DNA of 64,000 nt from Lytechinus pictus (taxonomy: Eukaryota). The notes under the pieces are model-generated. The model had not been told where the DNA came from and made no database searches. It worked only from the letters and a program-made list of their open reading frames with translations. This document shows, in pieces, positions 49,931 to 61,900 of the stretch. How positions within the stretch are numbered: the first letter of the stretch is position 1; every line of letters starts with the position of its first letter. The stretch lies in assembly GCF_037042905.1 (NCBI RefSeq), contig NC_087247.1, positions 39,184,001-39,248,000 on the forward strand, in the 5' to 3' direction. The translations under genes were made by a program, and so were the position numbers.

Positions 49931-50534
49931 AATGAAAAAGCGTGGTAATAAACCCAACCCTACTAAAAAGGGGTTTGCTAAAATCCAATTCATCAATATG
50001 AAAAAAAAATACTGATCAAGGGTACTTTGGAATGCATAACATGCATTGAAGTCAGATATTTTTTTCTTGAATAAGTACGTCATACTGCGAACTGAACTGG
50101 TAAAAAAGCTTGCATTTTGGGGAAGAAGATGATTATTTCACAAGTATAATTATACAGAGTCGGCATTCAGGGATTGCAATACCTTACTTTTTGAGTGAGA
50201 TTAGAGTATTCACTTGAAAAAGAAATCCTTATTTCAACAGTCGATATACATGCACTTTAATTTCCCATAGTGGATTGGATCCAGCGCTTCTGTTAATATA
50301 TACTAACTGTCATAAATCGAGAGCCAAATGCACAGGAATGGCCAATACGCAGACAAAAAATAATTGAATTTTCTACAAAGTCATGTTCTATATAGGTAAT
50401 CTTAATTTGCATACTTGGAATTACAACTAAATCAAAATCTGCATATTCAGATAATTCTTTAATAATAATTATTATAATTACCCTCCTAACTTAAAAAACA
50501 CATTTTGAGTTTGTCGCCAACACACATAATATAG

Positions 50535-51430
50535 AACAAGTGGAATGCCTCTGGCAGTCTCACCTGCATTACGCGATTCGCTTTATCAGCAATGCTGACT
50601 TTGAAGACAGCTATTGAATAATTATTCACAGTAGAAAACACTCATATGATAATAAAACACCATGTTCATTGACCCAAAATGACCTTGACCATGATCATGT
50701 GATCTAAGCCGTGTGCAAAACATTCATTCATACTTGATTACTCTTATGTCTATGTTTCATGAACTACATGTGTAGATTCATAAAATTATGATGCCTATTC
50801 AACAAATACCCCGAACATGGCCAAAGTTCCTTGACCTTAAATGACCTTTGGTCTTGGTCATGTGACCTGAAATGTGCACAGGATATTCAGGGATACATGA
50901 TTACTCTTATGTCAAAGTTTCATGAACTAGATCCATAATCTTTTAAAGTTATGATGACAATTCCACAAATATCCCCAACATTATAAAAGTTCGTTGACCC
51001 TAAATGACCTTTGACCTTAGTCATGTGACCTCAAACTCGCACAGGATCTTCAGTGCTACTCTATTACCCTTATGTCTAAGTTTCATGAACTAGGTCCATA
51101 TACTTTCTAAGTTATGACGACATTCCAAAAACTTAACCTTGGTTAAGATTTCGATATTGATTCCCCCAACATGGTCTAAGTTCATTGACCCTAAATGACC
51201 TTTGACCTTGGTCATGTGACCCGAAACTCAAGTAGAATGTTAAGTAATACTTGATTACCTTTATGCCGAAGTTTCATGAACTCGGTCCATAGACTTTCTA
51301 AGTTATAATGACATATCAAAAAATATACCTTGGTTAAGATTTCAATGTTGACGACGTACGCCGCCGTTGGCGACCGCCGTCGGAAAAGCGGCACATATTA
51401 TGGTCTAGCTCTGCTATGCAGGCGAGACAA
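50535..51430 (-). mobile_element. Helentron-associated (HINE/DINE-like) element with internal tandem repeats
   Basis: Subterminal inverted repeat GTCTCGCCTGCA-type / TGCAGGCGAGAC, short hairpin and (GCC)n tract at one end, AACAAG at the other, about four 160-190-bp internal units, no TSD. Confidence 0.7.
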
Positions 51431-51614
51431 ACTATATTTTAAAGAGACGTGATGAAGGTCCGCCGTGCAATAATCATGCCTAATCATCATGTAACAAATT
51501 TAAAATTTGTGACGAGAACACAATTATTTCTCAATATATGATTCAACACAAGTGTTAATTGCATCAAGCTGAGTCCCATCTCGCCATTTGAACTCGTTTT
51601 GAATAAATACAAAC

Positions 51615-51738
51615 CTGTTATTCTAGCAAGTACTGATGATTGGATGGATGGTCGTGACGGAGAGATGTAAACCAGAATGGTGAAAGTAAACATTAAAATC
51701 AAAGCACACCACAGAGCCAATTTACTAATGGAAGCCAT
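51615..51738 (-). CDS. Sulfotransferase gene 4, coding exon 1 (signal anchor)
   Basis: MASISKLALWCALILMFTFTILVYISPSRPSIQSSVLARIT, CAG|GTTTGT donor, phase 1; acceptor TTCTCTTTTCAG at 51763-51764. Confidence 0.8.
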
Positions 51739-52410
51739 ATTGAATTCCGATATTTAATCAATCTGAAAAGAGAATGAAAATAAGCGTTGAAAGTTAAAGC
51801 TACAACTAAAAGGTGAAATAGGAATATATATCAGCATTATCAGTTTCATGTTTTTTCATAAAGAATAACTAGCAACGATTAATTCAAAAGATAAAACAAA
51901 ACATATTGGACTCCGCATTTAGAATTAACACAAGGAATACAATCATTATCATCATTGTTACGTGTGTGCGTTTTTCCAATTAGGCGGAAATCCAAATGAA
52001 ATATCAAATTTAAAAAAAAATTGATTTTGTACAGTCTCCAGTTATGATTCACACAACCAACAATGAAGATGTTTCGAAAAATGACGCATCTTAATAATGA
52101 AACCTGACAGATAATCTTATACAGTTTATAGAAATTGCACAGTTATTTCCTTAGTTAGAGCAAGAACAAACTTGTAGAAACAGAATGATTGATCATCACC
52201 GCAAGAAATGTTATCTTGGTTCCAAGTTATACACAAACTGGCCATGTCGGTGAGCAAATGCAAGTAAAACAAGATCACTTCTGTCAATTCGACCAACTCG
52301 ATATCGTTGGTTTGTGCCCTTATCTTCCAGTGAAATACATGCCGCCAGGAACTTTGTTTCTATGCGTCTTGGTTTTATCATAGAGTATAGCTCTATGGTT
52401 TTATCGACAA

Positions 52411-52500
52411 CTCACTTGCACGCTCGTGATCAACACTGCATCTCGCATCCCCTACATTCTCGTCATCGTGATTGGATGTATATCGATTAGTGGAACGCAA
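52411..52500 (-). promoter_or_regulatory. Probable non-coding first exon donor and promoter of gene 4
   Basis: Minus-strand CAA|GTGAGT donor at 52415, CCAAT on minus at 52471-52475, locally CpG-rich. Confidence 0.4.
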
Positions 52501-53521
52501 GACTCCTCCTTCAACATCATCCTCCGTGCATGCACGTGTTGTTCTCCCAACTCTCTTCTCACTCTTCACTCAATTTGTCTACCCCCCCCCCCCCCCGCAG
52601 TATGCCTACACTACCACTGTCAAAACTTTCATTTTGTTGGAAACCTCAAGACCTCGCTACGATCATACGAATGAAACCAATCATTTTCACGGTAAAAGGC
52701 CAACATTTTGATAAATGCGAAGATATTGAGTTTTTAATATTTTGAGACGTATTTTCCTCATGAATAAGGGTTTCGTCTCGAAGGTTAAACCAATGCAATG
52801 TAGAAGGTAACAAAAGCTTAATGTGGTGTTCACGTACGTGTATCCCAGCAGTGGTAAAGGAATTATTAATGGCAATTTGATAGGTAAAATGTTAGAGTGA
52901 GTATATTAACTGCTGTTATTCTTCTTCATTTTTTTCTAGCAAATAAGATAATCATGCGGTCAATTAAGGGTTAATCTCAGTCAGATGTTCAGTGACTACA
53001 ACCTTTTACAACATTTACAAACACATACGTTTCTTGTGTTTTCTGTTGTTATTCAAATATTCAAGTATATCTGCTTAATTTCAGGAAACTTTCTACCTAC
53101 TCTAGGTTGAAGTCCCCTTTAACCTTTAAGATATGATCGTATTGCTGCTCAAATCGCTTTACAATGTAGACAGGGTCGGTCCTACATGCAAAGGAACACA
53201 TACCCAAGATAATGGGTTCATATCTAATGCCGATGGGATACGGCTGCATGGAGTGTTAAGAAAGACTTTGATTTATGAGTGCATCTGAGCAAACACAATC
53301 TACTCAAGCGTGAAATGAAGCAACCATGCAAAGAGTTAGCCCCTGCATCATAAACGACCAATAGTCTACCAAGACAGCCTACGCAATCCGGATAACAGAG
53401 GAACGAAAATATGGACAGGGTGATGGAAGGTAAATTTTTGGAAAGTATAGGAGCAGGAGCAGGAGTAAAAGTAGATGTTGGGGGAAGAAGGACTCAGGAG
53501 AAGAAGAAGAAGAAAGAAGTT

Positions 53522-53593
53522 TAGTAGAAGTAGTTGTAGTAGTAGTAGTAGTAGTAGTGGTGGTAGTATAGTAGTAGTGGTAGTATAGTAGTT

Positions 53594-53631
<38 letters not shown>

Positions 53632-53660
53632 AGTATAGTAGTAGTGGTAGTATAGTAGTT

Positions 53661-53693
<33 letters not shown>

Positions 53694-53695
53694 GT
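53522..53695 (+). repeat. (GTA)n microsatellite running into assembly gap 53696-53919
   Basis: Direct reading. Confidence 0.95.
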
Positions 53696-54534
53696 NNNNN
53701 NNNNNNNNNNNNNNNNNNNNNNNNNNNNNNNNNNNNNNNNNNNNNNNNNNNNNNNNNNNNNNNNNNNNNNNNNNNNNNNNNNNNNNNNNNNNNNNNNNNN
53801 NNNNNNNNNNNNNNNNNNNNNNNNNNNNNNNNNNNNNNNNNNNNNNNNNNNNNNNNNNNNNNNNNNNNNNNNNNNNNNNNNNNNNNNNNNNNNNNNNNNN
53901 NNNNNNNNNNNNNNNNNNNAACGTCAATATTATTCTACTCAAAACGATTCACACATCAAAAAGAAATTACTGATGTCAATATCAGAAATAATCAGATAAA
54001 AGGGACACAAGTTCTCTCTTTTTCCCACTCTATGGACATAATTATCGAATGATATTCATAATTAAATCCCTCTCTCTCTCTCTCTGACAGCGCTCACTTC
54101 CCCGTCTCCCTCTCCTCCTCTCTCCCTATGTTTGTATGTCTCCCCCCCCCCCCCTCTCTCTCTGCATGCCCTCACAACCCTGAAGACATGTCTGGAGTGA
54201 TATAGGGTCAATAATTACAAATAAGATAGAGCGCCACTCTCATCGATCGTTAATAAAATCGCTGGTGGGTATTCTTCCCATTTAGTCGTTTCAAAAGCCA
54301 GGTGATGGCAAGATTGAATTAATAAAGGTTCTATATGTGAAGAAAAAAATACGAATCACGGAGGTTGGGGATGTCTGCGTGGGCATGTTATTATTTCCAC
54401 AGTCATGTAGAATCTATTCTCTTGCATTAACGTCAAGATCAGAGCTCAAGCTATAATAACATTTCCATACAGAAATCTTTAATGAGCCTACTTTCCCCAT
54501 GTATGTTTTTTTTTGTTGGGGGTGTTTGTTTTCT

Positions 54535-55973
54535 TATCTTATGTTTGTTAACCATGGGTTGGCTGGTAGATTCCTTGGGTTCCTCTACGGTAAACACATT
54601 GTTTAAAATGTATGCAACGCTGTTTACTATAACGAACCTTACAGTAATAATATTGTTTAATAGTTTGAACAACCATGCATATTTTATTGAGAAATTGAAA
54701 AATATATAATGTCATACTTTTGACTTATCAAATCAAAATCATAAGACTTTGTAAGTAGACATGACAAATTGGAATATCTCGCCAATCTCATCAAGTGGAA
54801 TAGCACTTTTAGGCTTCCTAACAACCCTTCTCAAAACATAGACTACAGATTTACAACTAAAAACACCTAGCTTGGTTAGACAAGCAACCTGGGCGTGTGA
54901 TGTCGGACGCTCTATTCTAGGTTTGCGAGGAAAATCCAGGCTAGCATCCTAACAAGAATGCTTCGGTCCTTCCTTCTTGGATGTTCACGTTGATGAGATT
55001 CTGATTTAATATTCCTAATTGTAAAATCCAATTAAATAAGCGGTGAAGAGGAATTATCTAAGAGCAATATAGGTGAACGGCAGAATCGTAATGCGAATCG
55101 TCAGCCCCCTTGGATGACTTCTTTCGAGAACTCTTTTGATATTTCTGATAATCGACGTTCAAACTATTTCAAATCTAATTGAGAAGTTTTCTTATCATCA
55201 CACGATTACATTAAAACAAAGTTATACAGATATAAATTATTACAGATTCAAAGAAAGAGAAAGGTGGTGATCTTCAGTATAATAAAAGGGGATCATTGTT
55301 AACAAATAAACCTTGGATAAAAAAGAAAGACAACAAAATGACATTTATTTCCTTCTGATGCCATTCTACGTCACATGACATGCGGGAAGATGGGTATTGT
55401 TGTTAATCAGAATGCATAAGCCTATAATGTACTTCGTTTGTAGGAAAGACTATCGGGCTGGCAAACGTCATGGAACACAATTTATTTCGGTATTTAATAT
55501 ACGTTTTTCAACACATGCTTTATCTAATTCACGGTATGATATTCACATTTCATACAGAAGCAAATAATTACTGTTTTAGCCCATCAACACCCGCCCCTCC
55601 ATCCACCCGTAACCTCCCCCCGGACATAGATGAACACGTCGACTATTACCTTGCTTCTTTCGGGTAATCATTAGAATTTCATTTTACATTAGAATTTCTC
55701 TAGCAATGTGCAAAAAAAAGCGGGATAAACTGAAATACATTCTTGTTAGCACAGACAGGTCAATTATGCAAGGTGAAATGTCTTTATTACTCGAGCGCCT
55801 ATGTAATTTGATATGTCTTCTTTTACATTCTATCTACGGCTTTTAAATCATGGCGGCCATATTCGCAGGATCTAGGATTTCATGAAAGAGGGCCAGTCAG
55901 TTGGGTCAATTTCCTTGGATAGTTTTGACTAGAAAATGCCGTAGAATAGATTTTAAAAGGAGCATAGCTCTCA

Positions 55974-56009
<36 letters not shown>

Positions 56010-56068
56010 TTACCGTAGAGGAACCCAAGGAATCTACCAGCCAACCCATGGTAAATAAACAAAAGATA
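54535..56068. mobile_element. Putative 1.5-kb element bounded by 64-bp inverted repeats
   Basis: 54535-54598 is the reverse complement of 56005-56068 with 3 mismatches (48-bp perfect core ACCATGGGTTGGCTGGTAGATTCCTTGGGTTCCTCTACGGTAAACACA); outermost bases are TA. Confidence 0.6.
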
Positions 56069-56988
56069 TATATATAACTCGTCAAAAGAGTGCCATGATG
56101 ATTTTTGGGTAAAACGTGTTCATGTGCTGTCTACTGAATCTGTTTATGGTTCAATTTGAGAGCGATATTATTTTTTTTTAAAGATGATGCATACTTCTTC
56201 CATTTTTTTCTTCATCATCTTTTATAACTTGTCGTTATATATTAATGATATTAATGTTCATTCTCTTCATCATCTCCCGCTTTCGCCACCTTTGAGTATT
56301 TAATGAAAAAAAAAGCGATATACGTTTTTCATTTTCCCTCTCTTCCATTGTAACCCTTCTCTTCATCTTTCTCTTCTATTTATATAAGTTTCTCTCTCTC
56401 TCTTTGCCTCTCAATATGATTTTCCGAATCCGTCTTTCTTGTCCTAACGTATTTGGCTGAACATCAACAAGGCATGCCATCAATTTTGAAGATATATTGC
56501 CAATCGGAGGAAAAGACTGTCGTAAGATAATGCACTTTACATGATTATCTCTACTGATCTATGCAAACACCGATCCATTTTATGAGACAGTAATAAATCG
56601 TAACTTAATCCGAAGAAAAGTGGTAACACGACTTGAAATTCTTTTCCAACAGCGTTATAGCACGCCAATGTTGTGGTGCTTCATCTCAACCATGGACCTA
56701 TTGTGTTTCAACCAACCTAATATTGTAATGAATGAATAAAATGAAACTTTATTCGTTACATACATGAGGATGTGCCGAGTGGAACACCTCTGGCAGTCTC
56801 GCCTGCATTGCGCGATTCGATGTAGCAGCAGTGATGACTTTGAAACAGCTATTGAATAATTATTCACAAAAGAAAACATTCATAAGATGTTAAAATACTA
56901 TATCCAACGACCCAAAATGACCTTTAACCATGAGCATGTAAGCTAAGATGTTTGCAAAACAATCATTTATACTTTAATTACCCTTATG

Positions 56989-58194
56989 CATAGGCGGATC
57001 CATGGGGGGCCGATTAATGGTTAAAAATGTATCAACTGATTACTAATGCATCCTATCAGGCCATAATATCATCAGATTCCGCGCCCTCATTATGCATTAA
57101 TAGATAAGATGTCAATTTAATAATTAAATTGCCCCTTTTGTTCATTCAGTTATTCAGTTTCAGATCACAATATCAAAATTTTTCTGCTCGCCCTTTGTGC
57201 TCGAATTATTAATGTAGGAAGATACCCTCTTCCTCATCCTTTTCATGATTTACAACACATGAATAGAGTGTCCCGTTCTAGGTCTAAATCTCGATTTTCC
57301 CGTTCGCGCTTCGCGCTCGCATCAATTGTTTAGTTATATAGCTAACATGTTCACGATTACAAAAATTGATTAAAAATTTCTATTCTTCATGTAATTTTTC
57401 AGCGAGCTTCGCGTTCGCATTATTTGATTGTTGAAATATGTAACGTCTTCATGGCTAAGTGCAAGCAGTCCTTAAAGGCACTTTTCGATCAGTTAAAAAC
57501 GTATACAAACATTTTCTGCTCGCGCTTTGCGCTCGCATTATTAATGTAGGAAGATCCCCTCTTACTCATCCTTTTCATGGTTTACAAAACATGAATAGAG
57601 TGTCCCGTTCTAGGTCTTAATCTCGAATTTTTCCGCTCGCGCTCGCATCAATAATTGTTTAGTTATATAGCTATCCTGTTCACGATTACAAACATTGATT
57701 AAAATTTTCCATTCTTTAAGTAGAAATGTCAACATTTTTCAGGTCGCGCTTCGCGCTCGCATTATTTGATTGTTTAAATATGTAACGTCTTCATGGCTAA
57801 CTGTAAGCAGTCTTTAACAGGTAGGCCTACCTTTTCGATCAGTTCAAAACGTGTATCAAAAGTTTCTGCTCGCGCTTCGCGTTCGTAGTAATTATTTAGT
57901 TGCAGGCACATCTTTTTCAGGATAAAAACTTTGCCCAGAATGTTCAAATTTTAGGAAAAAATACATACAATTTTTTTTTTAATTTGCTCGCGCTTCGCGC
58001 TCGCATTATAAAAAAAGGATTATGATATTACATATTTATGTTGATTTATAGAATAAAGCTAAGAAGTGACTTTTGGGACTACCCCCTTCAAAGAAACAAA
58101 CAAAAATTCATCTTCGAGCGGCCGATCGGGGAAAACATGGCTGAAAAAAAAAATCCGCCCCCCCCCCTATTGGCGAAGGCTGGATCCGCCCCTG
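56989..58194. mobile_element. Non-autonomous DNA element, same family as 3841-5752
   Basis: Ends CATAGGCGGATCCA / TGGATCCGCCCCTG; 6-bp TSD CTTATG (56983-56988, 58195-58200). Confidence 0.85.
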
Positions 58195-58406
58195 CTTATG
58201 TCTGTTTCATGAACTAGATCTATAAACTTTCTAAGTTATGATGCCAATACAACGAATACCCCCAACATGAGCAAAGTTCATTGGCCCTAAATGACATTTG
58301 ACCTTGGTCATGTGACCTGAAACTCGCAAAGGATGTTCAGTGATACTTGATTGTCTTGATATACTCTTATGTCTAAGTTTTATGAACTAGATCCATAAAC
58401 TTTTAA

Positions 58407-58941
58407 TCCTATCCAGGCCGGGGGGCCTCGGAGCCCCCCCCCCCCCTCAACGATTCGCGCAATATTTTCGTCGCACGAAATTTTTTGACCGCTCGCTGAC
58501 TTTTTACTTTCAAATCTTGCGCAACTTTTGAGACCAGTTTTGCGTCACCCGGGTATGCGGTTCCGAAATTACGCAACATGCATGTCAGACCAAAATTTGC
58601 CCAAAACGTGATTTCGTGTAAAAAGTCAATGCAAATTGTGTTTCAACCAAAAATCATATATGAATGATTATTTTTAGTTTTGCTAGTCTAGATGTATTCA
58701 TTTTATGATGCTTATGATCTCAGAAGAGTCCCAAACAAATTTCATTGAAAAATTAATGAAAAACATAAGGTAAAACAACAACAACATACATAAAAATTGC
58801 AAAAAAAACAATGTAATACATAAGAAACTGATATCACAATGTTTTCATGTAAACTTGCTAAGAACAACACAAAGAGTTTTTCAACGGCCGAGATCTCAAG
58901 GGCCATATGAACTCCCAAAATACCCCGGCCTATACATAGGG
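58407..58941. mobile_element. piggyBac-like MITE
   Basis: TTAA|TCCTAT..AGGCCGGGG ... CCCCGGCCT..ATAGGG|TTAA; removing it restores the host repeat unit (AAACTTTTAAAGTTA). Confidence 0.75.
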
Positions 58942-61900
58942 TTAAAGTTACGATGGTGATTCAACAAATACCCCCAACATGGCCAAAGTTCATTGACCGT
59001 AAATGACCTTTGACCTTGTTCATGTGACCTGAAACTTGCACAGGATGTTAAAGTGATACTTGATCACTCTAATGTCCAAGTTTTATGAATTTGCTCCATA
59101 AAAATTTAAAGTTACGATGGAAATTCAACAAATACCCCTAACATGCCCAAAGTTCATTGACCCGAAATGACCTTTGAACTTGGTCATGTGACCTGAAACT
59201 CGGGCAGGATGATAAGTAATACTTCATCACCCTTATATGTAGTAATACTTCATTACCCTTATATGTAAGTTTAATGAACAAGGTCCATATACTTTCTAAG
59301 TTATGATGTCATTTCAAAAACTTAACCTTAGGTTAAGATTTGATATTGACGCCGCCGCCGCCGTTGAAAAAGCGGCGCCTATAGTCTCGCTCCGCAGGCA
59401 AGACAATATAAATATTAGTCAACAATGATGCATTGCATGAAAACTTCCGACAAATGAAGATGTAATTTGTGATATATCAGAACATTTTCCATAAACCAGA
59501 ACTTGACTCATTGTTCAACAAACAAAGGAAAATACGTATTTTTAGTAATTTTCTAATAAAATTTTCATATTAAATTTAAAAAATCACGACAAAATATCGA
59601 AAATGTGTGTAAGCTTGGTTCTTCTCATAGAGTTCTCTTATGTGAAACAAAAATATCATAATCGGTTGGAAAATGACGAATAATTTTTCCGATTTTCATA
59701 TAACTTACGCATAAAGCTGAACATTGTTACTAGAGAGTTGGCCCTATATAGCCTTGGGATATTGAAGTATACACTCTCAGCTGCATGATATCATGAAATC
59801 ATGAAAATGACTACATAACCGTTTAATTATTAATTTCACAAATATGACATTAATGTGAGCAAAAACACCAGAGACATGAGTGTCATGTGTGCATTGGTAT
59901 AGATTGAGAGACTACTCATGTAAAGAATGGCATTAAGGATATATATTTTAATTGTAAAGTTCCATGAAGGACGATAACTTTATCTAATCCCATTATCATT
60001 TTTGTTACCATTAATAAACACTAAAGATAACGCTCATCTGTTTAAGTTATTATTCACTCACATCATATTCCTTCCTGTGTACAGTGAACTTTTGCATCCA
60101 TATCTTGCAATTCTAACTAAAAAAGAGATTGCTGAAATAAAGACAGCCCAAAACCCCCCAATAAATTCGCCTTGGTTGTTCTTGCCAAAAAAAAACAATT
60201 CGCATTTTCAATAGCAGATATTTGGATATATAGGCAACGTCAAGCCAAAATAATTCAACTACATTTAACGCCAATATTCGTATTAATTACGTTTAATAGT
60301 GGATTTTTCCAATATTTGAAAAACACACCATTTAAACTATCATTTCCATAATAAAACACTGACAAGTAATTTGGCAGTCTATTAAGGTTACAGGCTATGC
60401 ACGTTAAATTCAAATGCAAAGTCCACCCCAATAACAACTTGATTTGAATAATAGAGAAAAATCAATTAAGCAAACCACTGTAATTTAATCAAAATCCAAT
60501 TTGGGGCGTTAAATCATTACATGTGTTGCTTCATAAAATAACCATACGCACAACATTCGAGTATTTAAATTTAAGGGAAATGCGATTATGTAACGCATCG
60601 TTTTTGTGATTATTGTGATTATTTCGAAATCTTCTTGATTATTAATTCTATTCATTTCATCGGTAAAGTACTAAAGTATGACAATACAACAGGAATGGTA
60701 ATGCGTAACTATAATTGGCTCCATGTATATCACTCTTTCGAGAAACAAAGCAAACCTTATTAGAAAATGCAATAGTCTTATTTAATATCCGAGCAGATGG
60801 AATTTTCATTATTTGTATCATCTGATTTTACTTAATTCATTTATATCCATTATTTGGACTTGGCCTTTAAACTTGATATGGACCATGGTGAAGATTGAAG
60901 GTATTCTGTATATGGACCGATGCTCTAATTTCTCAGGTAATGTTTACTATATATATCGCATATTCACTTAACTTGCTTAACAAAATGCACCAAAAAACAC
61001 AAACAGATGCACCTCAAAATAAAAAAAGAGGAAAACAAAATAAGAGACAAAAAAAGAATTGGAAGAGGGTACAGGGGAAATTAACAAAATTAGAACAGGG
61101 GGAAAGGAGAAAGATGCTGGATTGAGTGAAGACACGAACCCAGTCTGTAGATGGACAGTGAAAGGAATATTGATCTATGTCATTGGCATCGCCTACGATC
61201 GAGCTTTACAAACAAGATAGTGGTCGTAAAGACCCTGTCACACTCGTAAAGAATCAGAAGCAATCCAGTAGAATTGGCTAAAACAAGTTTTGTTTCTTAA
61301 TTCAGGCAATCTGATGAGGACCTTTTTTTTTTTTAAGTTTGCAAGATTTTGTCTGACCATGTGGATTTGGTGGCTCCTTGATGCCTCCAGCAGGCGACGA
61401 CCGCGTCTTGAAGATGCGTGGTGTTTCCTAATAGACCTAATCTCTAAAATGAAATCAAAATGTGTAATTATTGTCATTGCGAATGTTGATGGAATTGTCA
61501 ACGAATATAATTTTTTTTTTTATATTCAGACTGATTTTTAAATGTCGTTTTTTTTATATTATATATTAATACCTAGGTGAAAAGCTTGAATTGTTCATGA
61601 GAATAGATAGCGTTCATATCAGGCTCATGCAGTAACCAAGGCATCCGGAATGAACTGATAATTTATGATTATTTAGAATATGTACAGTGAATACACAAGA
61701 TTGTTCCTAAAGATAAAAATACATTTAATCCGTCCGCACTTCCACTCATTCTGCTTGTAGTGTGACTAGGGTATTAGATTATGGATGGTACTAGTCGGGG
61801 GTGATCGAGTGAAGTGCCCGGGCAGGAAGCACCTGTCTCTACGCATACTAAATAAGATGTAAAGTGAGTCCCGGTGTCAATTTGGGAACCAATTTTCCAA

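Larger units (their letters stand above)
56778..59406 (-). mobile_element. Helentron-associated (HINE/DINE-like) element carrying two nested MITEs
   Basis: Same termini and TGACCTTTGACC-containing internal units as 50535-51430. Confidence 0.7.
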
